This document shows, one piece after another, positions 48,371 through 56,519 of a DNA stretch of 64,000 nucleotides. The DNA lies in assembly GCA_016215315.1 (NCBI GenBank), contig JACRKG010000011.1, positions 537-64,536 of the forward strand. The letters are read 5' to 3'. The position numbers and the translations under genes are program-made. This DNA comes from Candidatus Woesearchaeota archaeon (GTDB lineage: Archaea > Nanobdellota > Nanobdellia > Woesearchaeales > ARS49). Within the stretch, counting starts at the first letter, position 1. Every line of letters starts with the position of its first letter. The notes under the pieces are model-generated. The model was not told the origin of the DNA and made no database searches. It worked only from the letters and a program-made list of their open reading frames with translations.

Positions 48371-49060
48371 ATGGAAACACAAACAAAAACACACGAACAT
48401 AATCATGAAAAGCATAATCATAGTTGCAACAACACTCATTCGACGCCAAGCGACCCTCTGACACCCAGTAACATTTCGACACCTAATGATACCAAGGACA
48501 ACGATTTTGGAGTAGTCAAAATCACTAAAAGTATGACTATTGGTGAGCTTGTGCAAACGTATCCTTCTTGCGCTGAAGTTTTAATGGAGGCTGGAGTTCA
48601 TTGCGTAGGTTGCGGTGCAGCTTTTTGGGAAACAATAGAACAAGGACTTAAAGGCCACGGAATGAGTGATGAAGACGTCGATGAAGTGGTTAAACAATTA
48701 AATGATGCAATTCCTAAAGATGCAGGCGGAAGCAATGATACTGTTGTCGTTACTGAAAAAGCGGCAGAAAAATTAAAAGACATTCTTAAGGAACAAAAAA
48801 AAGAAGGCTACGGATTAAGAATTGAAGTTCTTCCAGGAGGATGTTCTGGATTCCAGTATGCTTTTGATTTCGAAAATGAAAAGAAAGAAAATGATACAGT
48901 AATAGAAGTTAGCGGAGTTAATTTTTTTGTCGATAATGAAAGCATAAAAATGCTTAGAGGAGCAAGAATTGATTACGTTGACAGCTTGCAAGGTGCTGGA
49001 TTCAAAATAAGCAATCCTAATGCAAAAAGCACTTGCGGTTGCGGACAGTCGTTTAGTTAG
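48371..49060 (+). CDS. DUF1858 + HesB/IscA Fe-S carrier fusion
   Basis: GVHCVGC...ETIEQG..HG; GGCSGFQY, NPNAKSTCGCGQSF. Confidence 0.92.
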   Translation: METQTKTHEHNHEKHNHSCNNTHSTPSDPLTPSNISTPNDTKDNDFGVVKITKSMTIGELVQTYPSCAEVLMEAGVHCVGCGAAFWETIEQGLKGHGMSDEDVDEVVKQLNDAIPKDAGGSNDTVVVTEKAAEKLKDILKEQKKEGYGLRIEVLPGGCSGFQYAFDFENEKKENDTVIEVSGVNFFVDNESIKMLRGARIDYVDSLQGAGFKISNPNAKSTCGCGQSFS

Positions 49061-49061
49061 A

Positions 49062-49084
49062 AATTTACGGTTTGTAGTTCACAG
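49062..49084 (+). repeat. Heptamer array after stop codon
   Basis: AATTTAC GGTTTGT AGTTCAC AG. Confidence 0.7.
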
Positions 49085-49095
49085 TGAAAAACTCA

Positions 49096-49149
49096 GCGGC
49101 CATTCGACACCAAGTAATATTTTGATACCGAAATGATGTCTCGGACGGC
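49096..49149 (+). promoter_or_regulatory. Riboswitch-like motif copy 2
   Basis: GCCATT-CGACACC..GATACCG..GATGTC-TCGGACGGC, 27 nt before the start codon. Confidence 0.65.
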
Positions 49150-49176
49150 ATAAATAAAATATGACAGGAGAAAAAA

Positions 49177-49779
49177 ATGAAAGTACTAGCGTTTAGCGAT
49201 GTTCACGGCGATCATTCTTTAATTAGAAAGCACGTTGAAACTGCAAAAAAAGAAAACGTTGACTTGGTTATTATTGCAGGAGACTTTTCAGTGTTAGACC
49301 AAGCACCGCAAAACTTAATAGGTCCGTTTAAAGCTATTGGAAAAAAAGTTTTAGTTGTTCACGGAAATCATGAAAGCGAAACAACGCTTGAATTTTTGTC
49401 TGAAAGTTATAAAGTTGGAAATCTTAACAAGTATGCTGTAGAGTATGATGGCGTAGGATTTTTTGGTGCTGGTGGAGCAAGTATTGGTCCTTTTATGACT
49501 CCGGAAAAAGTAATTTTTGAAAGAATAAAAAACGGACACAAGTATGTTAGCAAAGCAAAGAAAAAAATCATGGTAACTCATTCTCACCCAAGTGGTTCTT
49601 TGATGGAACAGTTTTCTAATATTGTTCCAGGTAGCGAAAGTGTTAGAAGAGCAATAGAACAATTTCATCCAGATATTGTGGTTTGCGGTCACGTTCATGA
49701 AGCTCAAGGAATCGAAGAAAAAATAGGAAATACTAGAGTAATTAATGTTTCTAAAGTTGGAAAAATATTTGACATATGA
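49177..49779 (+). CDS. Metallophosphoesterase (Icc/COG2129-like)
   Basis: SDVHG, AGD, GNHE, THSHP, CGHVHE. Confidence 0.93.
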   Translation: MKVLAFSDVHGDHSLIRKHVETAKKENVDLVIIAGDFSVLDQAPQNLIGPFKAIGKKVLVVHGNHESETTLEFLSESYKVGNLNKYAVEYDGVGFFGAGGASIGPFMTPEKVIFERIKNGHKYVSKAKKKIMVTHSHPSGSLMEQFSNIVPGSESVRRAIEQFHPDIVVCGHVHEAQGIEEKIGNTRVINVSKVGKIFDI

Positions 49780-49851
49780 TTCTAGAATCAAGCTTGCTTC
49801 GCGATTAATGATTCCATAATAATTTGACTTCCAAAGTTTTAACAACAAGAG

Positions 49852-50084
49852 TGGGCGTGTTATTTTTAATTAATTTTCTCCTTTTAAATTTTTGTCTCAG
49901 CCCGTCCGCGAATTGATAAAAATTTAATTGTGGCGGACGGTCTTCGAGAATTATAGTTAAAGATCATTCCGAAGATTGGCGGGCCAAAGTTCATATCAAT
50001 TTGCCCGCCAATCTTCGTGTAAATGTCCGCAGGACTGGAAACTGAGAATTTTCATCATAAAAATAAAAACCAATTAAACCACCC
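49852..50084. ncRNA. Candidate multibranch structured ncRNA, unassigned
   Basis: 15-bp perfect stem 49970-49984/50003-50017; CCGTCCGC/GCGGACGG; closing TCTCAG/CTGAGA. Confidence 0.55.
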
Positions 50085-50097
50085 GAACATAACCTTT

Positions 50098-50115
50098 TTG
50101 TGTACTAGTACACAA
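50098..50115. promoter_or_regulatory. Perfect 18-bp palindrome upstream of a TATA box
   Basis: TTGTGTACTAGTACACAA. Confidence 0.5.
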
Positions 50116-50173
50116 TTAGGTTTTTAAATCTTGATTGGTTTCTCTGAGTTATTCGAGTGGAGGAAAAAATAAA

Positions 50174-51127
50174 ATGGAAAGAACAATTGTTGTTGATGAT
50201 TTAACTTATTTTAGAGCTTTAGATTATAGTGTTAGAGAAGCCATGAAAGCTTTTGAGACTTCTTTGGTCGAAGCTGCTGAACAAACAGTTAGTGATATTG
50301 AAGCGAAAGTTGGAAGTTATCCTGTTGAAGGGTACTATCATGAAACAGAAAACTTAACGAGATACTTTAATGCAATAAGAACTTTACAAGATCCAGTAAA
50401 TTTTTCAGAAAAAGTAACTGATAACATAAAATTGTTTAACAAAATTTACACACATCCAGTTTTTGGGTTAAAACAAGCAATGCCTACAGCATTAAATAAA
50501 GATGCTTACTGGAAAGATCATGAACCCGTTGTTGTTTCTCCAGTTATTGATCCAGTGACTATTGCAACACAAAAAACTTATCCTAGTTGGACTTTTGATA
50601 CAATCATGACTGCTATTGAAGGACAAGAATTAGGAACTTGCCTTGTTGGTTTGGCAGCTCTCGTTGACCAGAATAATAAAGTTGACGGAAAATACAATCC
50701 TGTAGCTACAACTTGGGCTAGAGAAACTACTGTTTTGTCAGCTGCAAAATTTGTAGCAAGAAGCTGCATGCCTTCAAAACCAACAATTGATTGGCAAGTG
50801 AGCAAAGAAGTAGAAGAATACGGCACTAAAGTACTTGCAGGATATGCTGACTTAATAGAGAATAATTCTCTCACAAGAAATGTAAGAAGACCTTATGAGG
50901 TTAATGAGAAAACAATTAGCGCATTATTGAGCAATTCAGAAAACCCACGAAGATGTGTTCATTTATGCACTGACGACAAAAAAAATCACTATCATTGGGC
51001 TGTTGCAGTTGATAACAACGGTAAGTACAGAGTAGTTGACTTTTATGCAAAAAAAATAGTGACAACAAAAGAATACCAAAAAGATCCAAGCGCAGTATTA
51101 CAGCTTGAATTTTTTGATAGAAACTAA
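50174..51127 (+). CDS. Hypothetical protein, weak DUF3160-like motifs
   Basis: PVEGYY.ETENLTRYF.AIRTLQ and TWARETTVL; GGAGG RBS. Confidence 0.7.
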   Translation: MERTIVVDDLTYFRALDYSVREAMKAFETSLVEAAEQTVSDIEAKVGSYPVEGYYHETENLTRYFNAIRTLQDPVNFSEKVTDNIKLFNKIYTHPVFGLKQAMPTALNKDAYWKDHEPVVVSPVIDPVTIATQKTYPSWTFDTIMTAIEGQELGTCLVGLAALVDQNNKVDGKYNPVATTWARETTVLSAAKFVARSCMPSKPTIDWQVSKEVEEYGTKVLAGYADLIENNSLTRNVRRPYEVNEKTISALLSNSENPRRCVHLCTDDKKNHYHWAVAVDNNGKYRVVDFYAKKIVTTKEYQKDPSAVLQLEFFDRN

Positions 51128-51183
51128 TAAATTAAGTTTACATCAGAAGATCAAAACGCCCGAGTGATTACGCTCAGAATTTT

Positions 51184-51504
51184 TTAACTAAATAATTTAG
51201 TTTTAATAATAGTCAGATCTTTATTTATTTTTTCAAATTTTGAAGAAGTTTCTTTTTTAAATTCTTTCAGATCAAGTTTAAGTTCTTTGATGTCTTCTTG
51301 AATGTGTTCAATGGAAGAGGAAAATTTCCCAGTAGTATAGAATATATTAATAACCATAATTCCTATTCCTACAGACAAAGCAACAGTTATTTCATCTAAA
51401 GTAGGACTGTGCCCAGTTAATTTTAGTAAAATCATATATATTACCACTAAGAAACAAACTATAGATAGTATCGATACCACTAAATTAATCAAATCTTTTA
51501 TCAT
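51184..51504 (-). CDS. Two-TM + coiled-coil small membrane protein
   Basis: TM-TGHSPT-TM-heptads; ATGA-coupled to the upstream sORF. Confidence 0.75.
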   Translation of the reverse strand: MIKDLINLVVSILSIVCFLVVIYMILLKLTGHSPTLDEITVALSVGIGIMVINIFYTTGKFSSSIEHIQEDIKELKLDLKEFKKETSSKFEKINKDLTIIKTKLFS

Positions 51505-51659
51505 TTCACACCTTTCAAAAGCATTAGCACAGCTAAAAACAAAGTCAACGCCAAAATCCAAGGCATAATTGCGTAATACAACTTGTTAAATTTAGCATAA
51601 AAAATGTCAAATTTGCTTTCTGTTGAGTTTATCGTCAATCGATTCATTTTACAAATCAT
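51501..51659 (-). CDS. Unannotated 48-52-aa membrane peptide
   Basis: (MICK)MNRLTINSTESKFDIFYAKFNKLYYAIMPWILALTLFLAVLMLLKGVK; its TGA overlaps the next ATG. Confidence 0.65.
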   Translation of the reverse strand: MICKMNRLTINSTESKFDIFYAKFNKLYYAIMPWILALTLFLAVLMLLKGVK

Positions 51660-51671
51660 ATTAAACAATTA

Positions 51672-51783
51672 TTCTTTATATGTCTTTCTAGAAAAATTTC
51701 TCAGAAAAATGAGAAATTTTTCCAAAAAATGAGAAGATTTCTCAAAAAGTTGAAAATCTTTCAATGGTTGGAGAATTCTTCAA
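51672..51783 (-). promoter_or_regulatory. Promoter plus five 15-bp palindromic boxes (array B)
   Basis: Boxes at 51689, 51710, 51730, 51750, 51769; near-identical to array A over about 75 bp. Confidence 0.8.
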
Positions 51784-51788
51784 GTACA

Positions 51789-51813
51789 GAGAATTTTGCG
51801 AAGCAAAATTCTC
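51789..51813 (-). terminator. Hairpin at the 3' end of the Zn-ribbon gene
   Basis: GAGAATTTTGC-GAA-GCAAAATTCTC. Confidence 0.55.
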
Positions 51814-52228
51814 ACTTCATCTTTTTTGTTACTGCAATTCTTTCTTTGCATTTGCTGCAATTAAATACTACTGCATCTGCAGTTACATCTTTTTGTTTTG
51901 CTTCGTCAAATATTTTTACTTTTTTTCTTGCAAAAGGAATTTGTGTTTCTCCTTCATTTTTGCATTTGCCGCAAGTGTATTGTATGTTTGCAGTTAGTGT
52001 ATCTTCGTAAGCTTCTTTTTCAACAGTGTGACCACATTCAGGACAAGTATATTCGTTTGCTCTAATCTTTGGCTTTCCAGTTTTAGGATCTTTTGGTTTA
52101 CCCATTGTTCCTTTTTTGCATTGAGGACAAGTTTCTTTGAACACCCAAGTAACTATTTTTTGATCACCAACTAATCTTCTAGTGAAATAAGCACAATCGT
52201 CCATACTATCCGGATATTTTAATGCCAT
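51812..52228 (-). CDS. Multi-Zn-ribbon protein
   Basis: Four CxxC pairs. Confidence 0.85.
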   Translation of the reverse strand: MALKYPDSMDDCAYFTRRLVGDQKIVTWVFKETCPQCKKGTMGKPKDPKTGKPKIRANEYTCPECGHTVEKEAYEDTLTANIQYTCGKCKNEGETQIPFARKKVKIFDEAKQKDVTADAVVFNCSKCKERIAVTKKMK

Positions 52229-52335
52229 GAATGGAATAGAAACTAAGATGTATTTAAATTTAACTGGGAAAAGGTTGTTAAAATATTCTTACTACAGTCA
52301 AAAAGCTTAAATAACACTTCAATAAATTTAAACTC

Positions 52336-54144
52336 GTGACTCAAATAAACATCACACATACAACGTGGAATTTTAGTCAGTTGTTTAATTCGGATAATGA
52401 TCCTAAAATAGAAGAAGAGAAGAAAATATTATTAAAAAAGAGTGAAGAATTTGTTAATAAGTGGAAGAATAGAACAGACTATTTAGAATCGCCAGAAGTT
52501 CTTAAAGAAGCGTTAGATGATTATGAAGCATGGCATAAAGATCATGGTAGTGACGGAAATCAAGGTTATTATTTTGGTTTAAGAATGTCCCAAGAATCTG
52601 ATAGTTCCGAATTAAAAGCTAAATTTAACAAATTAAAAGATGTTGCACTAAAAATAGGGAATGAAATGCAATTCTTTACTCACCGAATTGCCAGAATTCC
52701 TGAATATCAACAAAGAAAGTTTTTGGACTTTCAAGAATTGAAAGTCTACAAACATTTTCTTGAGCGTTTATTTGTTGAAGCAAAGCATTTATTGAGTGAA
52801 GATGAAGAAAAAATAATGACTTTAAAATATTCTACTTCTCATGCTAATTGGGCTAGAATGACTGATGAATTTCTTTCAAAAGAAGAATGTTCAATCATTG
52901 ATGAAGATGGAACTAAGAAATCTAAGAATTTTAATGAAGTAATTAGTTTAACTTCAAGCAAAAATAAACCAACCAGAGATTCGGCAGCTAAAGCAATCAA
53001 TAAAGTTTTTGAAAAATACATCGAAATCGGAGAAGCGGAAATGAATTCCATTTTTGAAAACAAAAAAGTAGATGATGAATTACGCAAATTTCAACGGCCT
53101 GAAAGCGATAGACATCTGAGTGATGATATTGATACCGAAGTTGTAGATGCTCTTTCAAAAGCGGTTTCTAAAAGATTTGATTTATCCCAAAAATATTACG
53201 AATTAAAAGCAAAACTATTTGGCGTAAAAAAATTAGAATATCATGAAAGAAATGTTCCTTATGGAGATCTTGACAAAAAATACTCCTATGACGAAGCAGT
53301 CGATTTGTGTTATGATGTTTTCAAGAATTTAGATTCCGAATTTGCAGCTATTTTCAAAAAATTAATTGAAGAAGGTCACGTCGACGTCTTTCCTAAAAAG
53401 GGAAAAACTGGTGGTGCTTTTTGTGCTTGTGATGGAACAAAGAAACCAACATATATTCTTCTTAATTTTACTGGAAAACTAAGGGATGCTGCAACAATAG
53501 CTCACGAAATGGGTCATGCAATTAATGATGAATTGATGAAAACAAAACAAAACGAATTAAGTTTTGGTGTTCCACTCTGCATTGCAGAAGTTTCTAGTAC
53601 TTTCATGGAAGATTTTGTTTTTGAAGAATTATTAAAAGAAGCAAATGAAGAATTAAGGCTTGCATTAATGTTTGAAAAATTAGGTGAAGAAATTTCTACA
53701 ATACCAAGACAAATTGCGTGTTATACTTTTGAGCAAGAAATGCATAAAACATTCAGAGAAAAAGGATACTTAAATAATAAAGAAATTGGCGAAATATTCC
53801 AAAAAAACATGAAATCATACATGGGCCCTTTTGTCAAGCAAAGTAAAGGTTCACAAAATTGGTGGTTGTATTGGAATCATATTAGAAGATTTTTTTACGT
53901 TTATTCATATGCATCAGGATTATTAATTTCAAAATCAATGCAGCATAAGTTAAGAAAAGATAAAAATTTTATTTTTAAAATTAAAGAATTCTTAAGTGCG
54001 GGAACTTCAGATTCTCCAAAAAACATTTTTTTAAGAATGGGCATAGATATTACTAATCAAGAATTCTGGAATGAAGGACTACTAGAAATAGAAACTTTAC
54101 TAAAAGAAACTGAAGAGTTAGCTAAAAAAATGGGAAAGATTTAA
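52336..54144 (+). CDS. pepF: Oligoendopeptidase F (M3B)
   Basis: KTGGAFC, HEMGH, AEVSSTF, HIRRFFYVYSY. Confidence 0.93.
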   Translation: MTQINITHTTWNFSQLFNSDNDPKIEEEKKILLKKSEEFVNKWKNRTDYLESPEVLKEALDDYEAWHKDHGSDGNQGYYFGLRMSQESDSSELKAKFNKLKDVALKIGNEMQFFTHRIARIPEYQQRKFLDFQELKVYKHFLERLFVEAKHLLSEDEEKIMTLKYSTSHANWARMTDEFLSKEECSIIDEDGTKKSKNFNEVISLTSSKNKPTRDSAAKAINKVFEKYIEIGEAEMNSIFENKKVDDELRKFQRPESDRHLSDDIDTEVVDALSKAVSKRFDLSQKYYELKAKLFGVKKLEYHERNVPYGDLDKKYSYDEAVDLCYDVFKNLDSEFAAIFKKLIEEGHVDVFPKKGKTGGAFCACDGTKKPTYILLNFTGKLRDAATIAHEMGHAINDELMKTKQNELSFGVPLCIAEVSSTFMEDFVFEELLKEANEELRLALMFEKLGEEISTIPRQIACYTFEQEMHKTFREKGYLNNKEIGEIFQKNMKSYMGPFVKQSKGSQNWWLYWNHIRRFFYVYSYASGLLISKSMQHKLRKDKNFIFKIKEFLSAGTSDSPKNIFLRMGIDITNQEFWNEGLLEIETLLKETEELAKKMGKI

Positions 54145-54431
54145 TTTTGTACAACTTCTAATTGCCCAAACTTTCCGGTGCTTAATTGTTTTTCGCCTTG
54201 ATATTCGCCAACCCAGCCTTTAGTTATTTTAACTTTATCTCCAACCTTAACTTGACCAACTTGCTCGTTCCATAAAGTTAATTTAACTTCGCCAGTTTCA
54301 TCTTTAGCTTTGCAATTGCACAATTGTCCTTCTTTACCAAACTTATTAAAAGTTTTAGGCTCTTGTTTTTCAACTATTTCCAAAACAATATCTACATTGC
54401 CTTTGTTTGCTTCTAAGTCTTTAACTTGCAT
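54141..54431 (-). CDS. ssb: Single OB-fold ssDNA-binding protein
   Basis: KDETGEVKLTLWNEQ...GDKVKI..GWV..YQG..QLSTGKFG. Confidence 0.9.
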   Translation of the reverse strand: MQVKDLEANKGNVDIVLEIVEKQEPKTFNKFGKEGQLCNCKAKDETGEVKLTLWNEQVGQVKVGDKVKITKGWVGEYQGEKQLSTGKFGQLEVVQN

Positions 54432-54477
54432 AATTCGAAAAAAGAAGTAAGTGTTTTTAAAGCTTTCCTAGATATTT

Positions 54478-55290
54478 TCATCCTCGTATCCCGTAAATCA
54501 TTCCTAGCATTGTGTTTATTTTTCTTGTTATTAGGTCGTTGAAGTATTCTGTTTTGGCGTATCTTTGTGCTCCGATTAGTTTTTGTACTTCATCAAATTT
54601 TTGTGGAGTAAAACTGTAGTATAAGTCATAGCATTTTTCTAAGTATTCTTGAATCTTTTTGTTTGGTGTTTTATTGAATAAAAGCATGTAATTAATGTCA
54701 TCTCCAATGTTTTCTAGTAAACTGCAAAGTTTTGAATAAAGAGTTACTAATTCATAATCTTTGTGTCCTTGTTTTATTAGTAATCTTAAGCAATAAGCAT
54801 GCAATTTGTTAAGGTTTTGATCGTATTTTTTTATTAATTCTTTATCTTGTTCTCTAGACATTTCTATTATTAACAAAAAACATCTTCTTAGTAATGTTTC
54901 AAAGTTTTCTGAAGCTTCCTTGGCTATGTCTTTTATTATCAAGTATTCTTTTTTGTGTTCGATTATTTCATAACCTATGCAACGATTACTAATAACATCA
55001 TAAACTTCACTTGTTTGTTTTGTATCTGCATTAATTATTTTTATTTCATCTACTCCTTTTTTGTACAGTATTTGTAAAACGCGAGTTAGTGAATGCCTTA
55101 ATATTTTAGCATCCACTGTCGCTTTTGTTTTCTCAATTCCCTCTGGTTTTATTACTAACGCCGACCCCGTAATAGACAAATCAACTTGCCTAGATTTTTC
55201 TAAACCGTACTTTTTTACCCATTCTATTGGCAAAGTAATTGTGTAAGAACTTCGTTCTTTAGGTCCTTGTGTGGTGAGTTTCCTTTGCAT
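54478..55290 (-). CDS. AbrB + PhoU-like phosphate-uptake regulator
   Basis: RKLTTQG..SYTITLPIEWV, GVDEIKI, GYEII, LENIGD. Confidence 0.85.
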   Translation of the reverse strand: MQRKLTTQGPKERSSYTITLPIEWVKKYGLEKSRQVDLSITGSALVIKPEGIEKTKATVDAKILRHSLTRVLQILYKKGVDEIKIINADTKQTSEVYDVISNRCIGYEIIEHKKEYLIIKDIAKEASENFETLLRRCFLLIIEMSREQDKELIKKYDQNLNKLHAYCLRLLIKQGHKDYELVTLYSKLCSLLENIGDDINYMLLFNKTPNKKIQEYLEKCYDLYYSFTPQKFDEVQKLIGAQRYAKTEYFNDLITRKINTMLGMIYGIRG

Positions 55291-55405
55291 AGAAAATGCT
55301 TGCGCATTTTCTATATATAAATATTTCGCAATATTACTATATATTTGTAATAGGGTTAAATATAAATAGCTTACAAACTTATTTTATTTACCGGAGGTAA
55401 ATAAA

Positions 55406-55933
55406 ATGAAAACAAATTACGAACAAAAAGCGAAGCTTTTTGCGTACAAAGCGCATGATGGAGTGTTAAGAAAGGATGGAGTTACACCTTACATAGAGCA
55501 TCCTAAGGCAGTTGTTGGAATACTCAGATCGGTAGGAATACAAGACGATGTAATATTATCTGCAGCTTGGCTTCACGATGTTGTTGAAGATTGCGATGTT
55601 AGTTTAGAGACTGTTAGAAAAGAATTCGGAGATAGTGTTGCTAACTTAGTTGATGGAATGACTCAGAGAAATGACAAAAACGAAAGCGATGAAGAATACC
55701 ACAACAGAATAATAAGCAATAACAATGATGTGAGAACTATCAAGTTAGCGGATGTACTGCACAACATGAGAAGCATTACAAGCATACCCAAGAAAGAATG
55801 CAGAGTTAAAGTATACAACAGTATGAGAAACTCTTGGACTGATTACAAAGTGTTTGCGCATGAAGTCTGCTCAGACTTATCAGAAATGATTGAAGAAGCT
55901 TACCAAAAAGCCAGTAAGCAATTGGAGGTATAA
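55406..55933 (+). CDS. Stand-alone RelA/SpoT-type HD hydrolase (Mesh1/SAH-like)
   Basis: AH...RK..TPYIEHP, AAWLHDVVED, IKLAD..HN. Confidence 0.88.
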   Translation: MKTNYEQKAKLFAYKAHDGVLRKDGVTPYIEHPKAVVGILRSVGIQDDVILSAAWLHDVVEDCDVSLETVRKEFGDSVANLVDGMTQRNDKNESDEEYHNRIISNNNDVRTIKLADVLHNMRSITSIPKKECRVKVYNSMRNSWTDYKVFAHEVCSDLSEMIEEAYQKASKQLEV

Positions 55934-55935
55934 AT

Positions 55936-56010
55936 ATGAAAAACAAAACAGTTGTCTGCCAAGATTGGTTGGAGAGTGAAGCGAGTAGAATAAGAAATGA
56001 AGGTAAATAA
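55936..56010 (+). pseudogene. 24-aa truncated gene remnant
   Basis: GGAGG RBS; MKNKTVVCQDWLESEASRIRNEGK*. Confidence 0.4.
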
Positions 56011-56059
56011 AGTATATTCCTGCGAAAGTATTAAATAATTATTACTTTTGATTATTTTG

Positions 56060-56506
56060 ATGAGTATTGAAACTGAATTGCATAATCAGCTTCCAAGTCT
56101 TGAAGGTATTCTTGATGTTGTTCAAAAGATTCCAATAGATCATTGGTCTGTTAAGAAAATACATGTTAAAGGATTAGAACCTTCACTTAGTGATCACTAC
56201 TTGTTCGTTGCTAGATATGGACAAATGGTTCAATTAGATAAAAGAGGAATATATAGAATAGAAATTAAAGCGCCAGTTCCTACTGCTCCAAGAAATTTGA
56301 GTGATTTGGCAAAAAGAAGTCCAAAAGATATCATAATGCCTTTGGGTGAGTATACTTTAACTTTTTCTAAAGGCGAAGAAAACCACGCCGAAATAAGCAC
56401 AGTATTTAATGGGAGTATAATCTGGGGAGATCAAATTAATACCGCAATAAATCGAGAATACAAAAGACTACTAGTAGCATATGCAAAATACAAAACTAGC
56501 AAATAA
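56060..56506 (+). CDS. Hypothetical protein
   Basis: ORF behind a BRE/TATA (CGAAAGTATTAAATA). Confidence 0.65.
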   Translation: MSIETELHNQLPSLEGILDVVQKIPIDHWSVKKIHVKGLEPSLSDHYLFVARYGQMVQLDKRGIYRIEIKAPVPTAPRNLSDLAKRSPKDIIMPLGEYTLTFSKGEENHAEISTVFNGSIIWGDQINTAINREYKRLLVAYAKYKTSK

Positions 56507-56519
56507 GATCAAATTATTC

